Shown: positions 57,535-64,000 of the stretch, piece after piece | How the letters are laid out: every line of letters begins with the position of its first letter | Numbering within the stretch: the stretch's first letter is position 1 | Assembly (NCBI GenBank): GCA_963825005.1 | Contig: CAWGRP010000015.1 | Span: 65,748-129,747, forward strand | DNA: 64,000 nt | DNA from: an uncultured delta proteobacterium | GTDB taxonomy: Bacteria > Desulfobacterota > Syntrophorhabdia > Syntrophorhabdales > WCHB1-27 | Reading direction: 5' to 3' | Made by a program: the position numbers and the translations under genes | The notes under the pieces: generated by a model | Databases searched by the model: none | Told to the model about the DNA's origin: nothing | The model's input: the letters and a program-made list of their open reading frames with translations, nothing else

Positions 57535-58140
57535 GTGCACAGCTTGAAAACCAGATGCAGGTGGGCAGAGAACGATGAGCTTTTGAAAAAGTACCACGAC
57601 GAGGAGTGGGGCGTCCCGCTCCATGATGACACAAAGCTCTTTGAATTTCTGATTCTGGAAGGGGCCCAGGCAGGATTGAGCTGGCTCACCGTGCTCAGAA
57701 AAAGAGAGAACTACAGGCGCGCATTCGATGGGTTCGATGCAGAAAAGATTGCCTTGTATAAAGATGACAGGGTAGGGCGCCTTATGCAGAACGAAGGGAT
57801 CATCCGTAACAGATTAAAGATTGAGGCCGCTATTCTCAACGCCCGTACATTTCTCAAAATACGCGAGGAGTGGGGGAGCTTCGATGCCTACATCTGGCAA
57901 TTCACTGAAGGCAAGCCGAAACAAAATTGTTGGAGAACACCGGAAGAGGTTCCGACAAAGACAGCTGAGTCGGATGCCATGAGTAAAGACCTTGTCAAAA
58001 GAGGATTTAAATTCGTTGGTAGCACGATCTGCTATGCGTTCATGCAGGCCGTCGGCATGGTGAACGATCACACGATTGATTGCTTCAGGTGTAGTGCGCT
58101 GCGACGAGTTATCCGTATGACAAAGAATAAGCTTGCATGA
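57535..58140 (+). CDS. tag: DNA-3-methyladenine glycosylase I
   Basis: RCRWAEND..YHDEEWGVP.HDD.KLFEFLILEGAQAGLSWLTVLRKRENYR...FKFVGSTICYAFMQAVGMVNDH, collinear with E. coli Tag. Confidence 0.9.
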   Translation: MHSLKTRCRWAENDELLKKYHDEEWGVPLHDDTKLFEFLILEGAQAGLSWLTVLRKRENYRRAFDGFDAEKIALYKDDRVGRLMQNEGIIRNRLKIEAAILNARTFLKIREEWGSFDAYIWQFTEGKPKQNCWRTPEEVPTKTAESDAMSKDLVKRGFKFVGSTICYAFMQAVGMVNDHTIDCFRCSALRRVIRMTKNKLA

Positions 58141-58190
58141 GATATGCGAAATCTTCAGCTTCATGAAACAACTATGAAAGGAGTCTCTCC

Positions 58191-58883
58191 ATGGCACATA
58201 TGACAAGCGACGAAGAAAAACAGGAAGCGGCCAGAAGAAGTCTCGCCTTTGTTAAAGACGGTGATGTTGTCGGTTTGGGAACGGGTTCAACCGCTTCTCA
58301 TGCCATCCGTTTTCTCGGAGACCGGGTTCGGCAAGGGCTCAAGATTGTCGGTATCCCAACGTCCGTCCAGTCACGCGATCTCGCTCTGAAGCTCGGCATC
58401 CCTCTCACCGATTTCGAGCGGTCTCCCAGTATTGACGTGACGATCGACGGCGCCGACGAGATAAGCCCGGCGCTTGAACTGATCAAAGGCGGAGGCGGCG
58501 CCTTGTTGCGGGAAAAGATCGTGGCTTCTGCTTCGCGCATGGTCGTGATCATAGCCGATTCAGCCAAGCAGGTCCCGACACTCGGAAAATTTCCCCTGCC
58601 GATCGAAATAATTCCTTTCGCGGAAATGTTGCTGATCAGGCGTATTGAGGCGCTCGGCGCCCGTGCCGTAGTGCGGAAGATTCCTGGCGGTGCGCCGTTT
58701 GTGACTGATGAGGGGCACCACATCCTTGACTGCAGCTTTGGAACTATTCCCGATCCCGGGCGGCTGGCCGCGGAACTCGACCGCATGTCCGGAGTAGTGG
58801 AGCACGGTCTCTTTATAGGCCTTGCCAGGATTGCCTTGATCGGCAAAGAGATAGAGATTCGAGCGAGCGGACTGGCGGACTAA
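58191..58883 (+). CDS. rpiA: ribose-5-phosphate isomerase A
   Basis: VVGLGTGSTASHAI, DVTIDGADEI, LIKGGGGALLREKIVA. Confidence 0.9.
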   Translation: MAHMTSDEEKQEAARRSLAFVKDGDVVGLGTGSTASHAIRFLGDRVRQGLKIVGIPTSVQSRDLALKLGIPLTDFERSPSIDVTIDGADEISPALELIKGGGGALLREKIVASASRMVVIIADSAKQVPTLGKFPLPIEIIPFAEMLLIRRIEALGARAVVRKIPGGAPFVTDEGHHILDCSFGTIPDPGRLAAELDRMSGVVEHGLFIGLARIALIGKEIEIRASGLAD

Positions 58884-58901
58884 AGATCAGGCGCCGGTGA
58901 A

Positions 58902-60080
58902 ATGGGTCAAGGAATGGAACTTTCCTATCCCCTCCAGTCCACAGCCAATCGCAATGTAATCTCCATCTCCTTTTCGCAGTTTTGTGCAAACGCATCATTC
59001 AATTTTATTTACATTTTCCTGCCGTTCTATATAGCACGATCGAGCCCGTACGGATCACGAGGAACACTCCTGTGGACCGGGGCAATCATGGGTTCATCAG
59101 CCTTGTGCCTCGCAGTGACAGCACCTGCATTCGGATCATTGGCGCATCGTTATGCACCGAAATCGATCTATATGGCCGGTCTCATCTTCAACCTCCTCAC
59201 GATCCTTCCGATGGCCTTCACGCAGAATGTTCTGCTGCTTCTCATCCTCCGTATTCTGCAGGGGATCGGCGGGGGGGTATCCACCATCGGGCTCATTATT
59301 ACTGCGGTCTCTTCTTCTCCCGAGAACAGGGCGTATCACCTCGGCATTTTTCAATCCTGTATGGCGATGGGGCAACTCCTGGGACCTTTCCTCGGGGCGC
59401 TCTTCGTGGCCACTTTCGGCTACCAGGGAGCCTTTGCGGCTGCCTGCCTCATGGTATTCGTCTCCGTTGTATGCTGCTGGTTCGCGGTCGTGCCTCTGCC
59501 AGTCCTCCCGCCCAGCAATGAGGGCTCTGTGCGGTCTTTCCTTGACAAGCGCGTTATTGCAGGCTGGACGCTCTGCATTGCTGCCACGATCCATCTCATG
59601 TTCTCTCCCAGCATCCTTCCCCACATCTTTGGTCATTACGGACTCGGTCAGAATGTGGCCCTGCGCTGGGCAGGTACGGTGGTCATGCTCTACACGGCCA
59701 CTGCCATGATCGGGACGTACGTGTGGTGCCGCTTGTCGCGGAAGATCAGCACGAGAAAAATGATCCTCCTCCTCGCCTGTTGCGCTATCGTGCTCCAGCT
59801 TCTTCCCATGCTTACCAACTCGATGGTCGGCTTCACAGCTGTTATGATGCTTCTGACCAGTGTGGCAGCACCGATCCTGCCTCTCACCATGTCAATGCTG
59901 GCAACGGGGCAGAAGGGTAGCGTTATCGGCTTCTTGAATTCGGCCCGTTTTGTTGGTAACGCTCTCGGGCCGATGCTGGCAACATCAGTTCTCGCTTTTT
60001 ACAATCTTCCCGCGCTTTATCTCGTGATCAGCTGTGCAATGCTTTTCGCTCTGTGGGGTTTCAGGCGGTTCATCAGATGA
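58902..60080 (+). CDS. MFS transporter (12-TMS)
   Basis: 392 aa polytopic; ..LRILQGIGGGV..; specificity unknown. Confidence 0.7.
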   Translation: MGQGMELSYPLQSTANRNVISISFSQFCANASFNFIYIFLPFYIARSSPYGSRGTLLWTGAIMGSSALCLAVTAPAFGSLAHRYAPKSIYMAGLIFNLLTILPMAFTQNVLLLLILRILQGIGGGVSTIGLIITAVSSSPENRAYHLGIFQSCMAMGQLLGPFLGALFVATFGYQGAFAAACLMVFVSVVCCWFAVVPLPVLPPSNEGSVRSFLDKRVIAGWTLCIAATIHLMFSPSILPHIFGHYGLGQNVALRWAGTVVMLYTATAMIGTYVWCRLSRKISTRKMILLLACCAIVLQLLPMLTNSMVGFTAVMMLLTSVAAPILPLTMSMLATGQKGSVIGFLNSARFVGNALGPMLATSVLAFYNLPALYLVISCAMLFALWGFRRFIR

Positions 60081-60187
60081 CCCAAAGCAACAGGTCTTGC
60101 TAACCTTGCGTAGCGCGTCCAGAAGCCGATGCGAATGCCTCCTGAAACGGGCCACGGTATCCTGTGCGGGATACGGCGACGCACGCT

Positions 60188-60216
60188 ATTGACAATTGAC
60201 AGGCTATGTAATTAAA
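60188..60216 (+). promoter_or_regulatory. sigma70-type promoter candidate for gspG-gspD
   Basis: TTGACA-N17-TTAAAT about 20 nt upstream of the gspG start (coordinates +/-1, see rejected notes). Confidence 0.4.
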
Positions 60217-60236
60217 TAAGCAAAGGGGTTTCAGCA

Positions 60237-60659
60237 ATGCTGATCGAACGCAAACGTAATAAGAAGGGTTTTACCCTTGTCGAACTTCTCGTGGTCATGG
60301 CGATCATTGCGCTTCTCGCTGCTCTTGTCGGGCCGAAACTCTTTCCGAAACTGGGAAAGGGTAAACAGTCTGCAGCCAAAGCCCAGATTGAATTGATAGG
60401 CCAGGCACTGGATCAACTCAGGCTCGACGTAGGGAGATATCCCACAACCCAGGAAGGTCTGAACGCCCTTATGGTGAATCCGGGAATGGACAATTGGGAA
60501 GGGCCATACCTCAAGAAGGCCTTACCGCCGGATCCATGGGGTAAGCCGTACCAGTATATGTGTCCCGGCACTCACGGGGAATATGACATGTTCTCTTACG
60601 GACGGGACGGTAATCCTGGAGGTGATGGAGAAGATAAGGACGTCACCAGCTGGGAATAA
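60237..60659 (+). CDS. gspG: type II secretion system major pseudopilin GspG
   Basis: Prepilin leader + KGFTLVELLVVMAIIALLAALV; ..AKAQIELIGQALDQLRLDVGRYPT..; ..PDPWGKPYQY... Confidence 0.9.
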   Translation: MLIERKRNKKGFTLVELLVVMAIIALLAALVGPKLFPKLGKGKQSAAKAQIELIGQALDQLRLDVGRYPTTQEGLNALMVNPGMDNWEGPYLKKALPPDPWGKPYQYMCPGTHGEYDMFSYGRDGNPGGDGEDKDVTSWE

Positions 60660-60728
60660 CGGTCACTATTGGAGAGGCTCTTCGTGCAAGCATGTGAACG
60701 CAATGGTGATCCATCCGGGAATGTATAT

Positions 60729-63017
60729 ATGATCGGCTCATATGATCGTGAGAGGCGAGTCGGCTGCCGAATTCTCATCCTGGCATCGTTCCTGGCCTTT
60801 TTCTTCTGGCTGTGCCCGTGCGCACTTCTGGCGCAGAATGCAACGTCAACGGCCGCTCCTCCTGCTCCCCAGCCGTTGATGCAGCCGCAGCCGGCACCGT
60901 CAGCAGCGCCTGCGGCCCAGGCGCAAACTCCGTTGCCGGCGCCCGCGCCATCGCCGGTACCATCGACCGTGCCATCGAATGGCACGGCTCCCGCGATGCA
61001 GGCGCAACCTAATGGTCAACCAGCTTCAACACCAGAGCAGCCTGTCGTGCCGCCTTCGCCTGTTCCGGCCGCACCGCCTATTGTTTCTCCGCCACCTGTT
61101 GCGCCCGTGCAGCAGCCAACGGGACGGCAGCCCGCGCAGCCGCTAATCCAGCAACCGCAAAGAACGGCTCCGCCACAACGGCCGGGTGAACAAGCCATCC
61201 CGCAGGCCCAGCCGCCGGTGCAGCAACCTGTGACGCCTCCGGCTCCGATTCGACGCAGCCCTCAGATCCAGGGTGGGGGGCAGTCTATGACCGGTGGACA
61301 GTTCAGTTTCAATTTTGATGATGCCGATGTCTTTTCGGTGATTCAGACTATATTCGGCGACGTACTGAGAGTCAACTACGTGGTGGACCCAAAGGTCAAG
61401 GGACGCGTGACGTTCAGGTCGGTCGCACCGGTGCCCAGGGAGAACGTGCTGCCTTTGATGGAGGTCATCCTCAGGCTGAACGGCATAGCGGTTGTGGAAG
61501 AGGCCGGCCTTTACCGGATAATACCTCTATCTGATCTGGCGCGCGAGCCTTCAGGAGTGGCGTTTGGAAGGGACGCTCAAAAGATTGTCCTTACAGGTAA
61601 GGCGCTGCTTCAGGTCGTACCCATCAATTACATGTCGTCCTCGGAAATGGTCAAGCTGGTTACCCCCTTTCTCTCGACCAATGCCGTAGTGGTTGACGTT
61701 CCCAAGATCAACTACATCATCGTTGTCGATACGGATGCGAATGTAAAGCGTATCCTCTCTCTCGTGGATATTTTTGATAGCGAGCAGCAGAAGAAAAAAA
61801 GGCCTCAGGTCTTCGTATATGCTGTTCAGAATGGAAAATCAAAGGATATTACCCAGCTGCTCCAGCAGATTTTCCTGGGTGCCCGTGCCCCGATCCAGAG
61901 CGGCGTCACCACCACCGGTGGGACCACGCCCGGCGTTCCCCAACCGGCTCCGCCCCCGTCGCCGATGTTCGGGGCCACTCCGCAACTCCCCGGTACTCCC
62001 GGAAGTGCAACAGTGCTCATCGCACCGGATATCACACGTATCTTCTCTAATGATGTGACCAACTCCATCATGGTGCTCGCCATCCCGGAAGACTACCAGA
62101 TCATAAAGGAGACGATCGACAGGATCGATATTGTCCCGAGGCAGGTGATCATAGAGGGGCTCATTGCACAGGTTAACCTGACGGACAATTTGAGCCTGGG
62201 AGTCGCCTGGGCTCTGAAGACCAACATTATCGGGCTGGACGGGCTCTTGTCGTCCGGCGGTGATTTGCTCGCCGGCATTACCGATCCCACGAAGCCCTCG
62301 GGCACGGGCTTCACCTTCATCGGTTCCGACAGTGCGGGCAAGGTGCGGGCGCTCGTCAACGCGCTCGCGACCGAGTCTCGCGGCAAGGTGTTGGCCGCGC
62401 CGCACATCCTTGTATCCGATAACCGCGAAGCGAGGATCCAGGTCGGCCAGTCCGTGCCGCTGGTGACGGCCCAGACGTACGGCGCCGTGGGTGTTGCTCC
62501 CCAGCAGGTCGTCGAGTACAAAGATATAGGTATTATCCTCAAGGTCAAACCTCAGATAAATGAAGGCGGACTGGTGACCATGGAGCTTCATCAGGAGGTT
62601 TCCACATTCACCACTCAAACGCTCTTTTCTGCTTCCACTCAGATCATCATCAACAAGACTGAAGCAACGTCGAGCCTCGTGGTGCAGAGCGGTCAGACGA
62701 TCGTCATAGGAGGTCTCATTCGGGAGGATACGTCCAAGTCTCTCACTGGAATCCCGTATCTGAGCAAGATTCCCATCGTTGGCTACCTCTTCGGGGCAAA
62801 AGAGAAGGATATATCACGTACTGAGATCATCATGCTGCTGACGCCCCGCGTGCTCAGCAACCAAAAGGAAGCAAAGCAGGCGACCTCGGACCTCATCGAC
62901 AAATTTACCTCATCGGGGAGCGTTAATAAAGAGGAACTGCACTGGGCCAACCCGCCCGAGGGCACGGACATCGAAGGTGTACCGGGACAGATGAGAAGAA
63001 TGGAACAGGCTGAGTAA
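60729..63017 (+). CDS. gspD: type II secretion system secretin GspD with ~190-aa Pro/Gln/Ala-rich N-terminal spacer
   Basis: Signal peptide ILILASFLAFFFWLCPCALLA/Q; low-complexity P/A/Q tract (about 60850-61290); N-domains; secretin core VLAAPHILVSDNREARIQVGQSVP, IVIGGLI..., GIPYLSKIPIVGYLFG. Confidence 0.85.
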   Translation: MIGSYDRERRVGCRILILASFLAFFFWLCPCALLAQNATSTAAPPAPQPLMQPQPAPSAAPAAQAQTPLPAPAPSPVPSTVPSNGTAPAMQAQPNGQPASTPEQPVVPPSPVPAAPPIVSPPPVAPVQQPTGRQPAQPLIQQPQRTAPPQRPGEQAIPQAQPPVQQPVTPPAPIRRSPQIQGGGQSMTGGQFSFNFDDADVFSVIQTIFGDVLRVNYVVDPKVKGRVTFRSVAPVPRENVLPLMEVILRLNGIAVVEEAGLYRIIPLSDLAREPSGVAFGRDAQKIVLTGKALLQVVPINYMSSSEMVKLVTPFLSTNAVVVDVPKINYIIVVDTDANVKRILSLVDIFDSEQQKKKRPQVFVYAVQNGKSKDITQLLQQIFLGARAPIQSGVTTTGGTTPGVPQPAPPPSPMFGATPQLPGTPGSATVLIAPDITRIFSNDVTNSIMVLAIPEDYQIIKETIDRIDIVPRQVIIEGLIAQVNLTDNLSLGVAWALKTNIIGLDGLLSSGGDLLAGITDPTKPSGTGFTFIGSDSAGKVRALVNALATESRGKVLAAPHILVSDNREARIQVGQSVPLVTAQTYGAVGVAPQQVVEYKDIGIILKVKPQINEGGLVTMELHQEVSTFTTQTLFSASTQIIINKTEATSSLVVQSGQTIVIGGLIREDTSKSLTGIPYLSKIPIVGYLFGAKEKDISRTEIIMLLTPRVLSNQKEAKQATSDLIDKFTSSGSVNKEELHWANPPEGTDIEGVPGQMRRMEQAE

Positions 63018-63019
63018 AC

Positions 63020-63048
63020 CTGTGATGGCTCACAGTCGCTTTTATTTG
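63020..63048 (+). terminator. intrinsic terminator candidate between convergent gspD and gspB-like genes
   Basis: CTGTGA-TGGC-TCACAG hairpin followed by TCGCTTTTATTTG. The T tract overlaps the stop of the convergent gene. Confidence 0.4.
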
Positions 63049-63707
63049 ATGCCAACCCGAAAACGATAGCCCTCATAACTGAGCACCACGCCTTCAGGGG
63101 TGATCTCCTCCAGCTTGACACCGGTTGTCAAGGACTGACCCTCCCGGAGATTCATTTCGTTAATTCTCGTGAATCGTGCCTGTGGCTCGGCAGTGTAATA
63201 ATGAGCGGATATCTTAAAATCCGGCAAGTTGCTCTTTAACGCCGCAGGGAGCTCTTTGAGTTCGAGAATCCTCCCGTCTTTCGGTGGTCTAACTTTTTGA
63301 GATTCAGGCTTCTCCGTGGGAAGAGTCGACGAAGGAACAGGCTCAGATCGTGGTACTGCGGCTTCTTTCTGCCGGTCCACAGGTGTTGCGGCACTGCTCC
63401 TCGCAGGGATTGGTTGAGAGGGCTCCTTTACAACCGCAGGCTCTTCTTGCACCGGAGCCTGAGTGGAAGCGACAGCAGATGGGCCGGATGCGACAGGAGG
63501 GTTCATCGGCTGCCGGCCCGAAGGGCGAACCCACCACAGCATAACTCCCGCATTCAGAAGAAGGAGGAGAGCAAGAATGGAAAACAACCAGATCGGCCAT
63601 CTCTTGTGCTCGGAAGCCGGCTCTCCAGTAATCATCAGTAAACGGGAGGCCTGTTGCCGCTGCCGTTTCTGCTCAAGTTTTTTGAGAGCTTCGAAAATAT
63701 AGGACAT
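63042..63707 (-). CDS. gspB: GspB/ExeB-like type II secretion accessory protein
   Basis: From MSYIFEALKKLEQ...; one TM (WPIWLFSILALLLLLNAGVMLWW); Pro-rich linker; C-terminal ..ARFTRINEMNLREGQSLTTGVKLEEITPEGVVLSYEGYRFRV. Confidence 0.7.
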   Translation of the reverse strand: MSYIFEALKKLEQKRQRQQASRLLMITGEPASEHKRWPIWLFSILALLLLLNAGVMLWWVRPSGRQPMNPPVASGPSAVASTQAPVQEEPAVVKEPSQPIPARSSAATPVDRQKEAAVPRSEPVPSSTLPTEKPESQKVRPPKDGRILELKELPAALKSNLPDFKISAHYYTAEPQARFTRINEMNLREGQSLTTGVKLEEITPEGVVLSYEGYRFRVGIK

Positions 63708-63709
63708 GG

Positions 63710-64000
63710 TTACTTTCCGCCCCGGCTGCCACCGAGCACGGGTCCAGCATTCGCGGCATCGGATAGTCGCATCGTTGTCCACGGGCCTACGATGCCGTCA
63801 GGGTCGAGCCCTGCTGTGCGTTGAAATTCCTTGACCTTTCTCACCAGCTCTTCATCATAGACTGCCGTTCGTCGGGCGCGAATTCGCCTGCCCTGAGCGC
63901 GCGCCAGGTTACGCTCAACCCACGCCACGAAACTGCCCGATTCTCCCGGTTTTAGTTCGTTCCTGTACTCCGGGGGTGCCTGCCACAGAAGCAGATATTC
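63710..64000 (-). CDS. ExeA/GspA-like protein, C-terminal peptidoglycan-binding part only (gene continues beyond right edge)
   Basis: Frame open from base 64000: EYLLLWQAPPEYRNELKPGESGSFVAWVERNLARAQGR...VKEFQRTAGLDPDGIVGPWTTMRL (PG_binding_1-like). Confidence 0.65.
   Translation of the reverse strand, partial: EYLLLWQAPPEYRNELKPGESGSFVAWVERNLARAQGRRIRARRTAVYDEELVRKVKEFQRTAGLDPDGIVGPWTTMRLSDAANAGPVLGGSRGGK

Noticed and set aside
60081-60659. By my hand count, the printed sequence places the gspG ATG at 60236. It also shows a GGG run at ~60599-60601 that would break the frame (..SYG/RDGNPGG..).
   Set aside because: Three ORFs in the supplied track (60231-60416, 60237-60659, 60596-60985) are mutually consistent with an intact gspG offset by +1 from my count. 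I attribute the discrepancy to my own base counting in this stretch and use the track coordinates. Hand-mapped coordinates between 60081 and 60600 may be off by one.

Overview
64-kb window, moderately GC-rich by eye. The gene content looks like a strictly anaerobic Desulfobacterota- or Syntrophia-like bacterium, but that taxonomic call is inference only. I count about 55 protein genes or gene remnants and found no rRNA, tRNA or CRISPR array.

Layout:
1. 1-8.5 kb, accessory-looking. Small exported proteins; a TolB-like/TPR membrane protein broken by at least four frame changes; an IS200-like Y1 (RAYT-type) transposase bracketed by inverted REP-like repeats; a frameshifted NHL/beta-propeller exoprotein.
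2. 8.8-25.2 kb, minus strand. A cluster of the E. coli ygeW-ygfK/xdhD/ssnA type (selenium-linked molybdenum hydroxylase, anaerobic purine/urate degradation). Gene order: YheO-like regulator, dpaL, ygeY, carbamate kinase, ygeW, ridA, fused 2Fe-2S/Mo hydroxylase, ssnA, hydantoinase, ygfK, NCS2 permease. Three of these genes are frameshifted.
3. 25.5-33.4 kb. PAS histidine kinase, Liv-type ABC importer with a fused LivM-LivG, flavodoxin-like protein.
4. 33.6-45.8 kb, plus strand. This is the most interesting block. It encodes a CoxM-type FAD subunit and a CoxS-type 2Fe-2S domain fused to a bis-MGD (DMSO-reductase-family) catalytic subunit. A tightly coupled accessory cassette follows: unknown protein, zinc ribbon, SAM methyltransferase, C_GCAxxG_C_C protein, radical SAM, PaaK-like ligase. 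Then come a moeA relic, a divergent MoeA, a MOSC protein and an AhpD-like/ArsS-type radical SAM pair.
5. 45.9-54.3 kb. PAC2 protein, polytopic membrane protein, group-1 [NiFe] hydrogenase operon, DUF1848 protein, PNPOx-like protein.
6. 54.8-64 kb. SLT-like exoprotein, two MFS transporters, tag, rpiA, and type II secretion genes (gspG, gspD, gspB-like, exeA-like, the last one partial).

Intergenic DNA carries at least six families of palindromic or MITE-like repeats. CDS coordinates derive from the ORF track with starts re-chosen by RBS or homology. Hand-mapped repeat coordinates are approximate (+/-2 nt). All homology statements come from motif recognition by eye, not from database searches.
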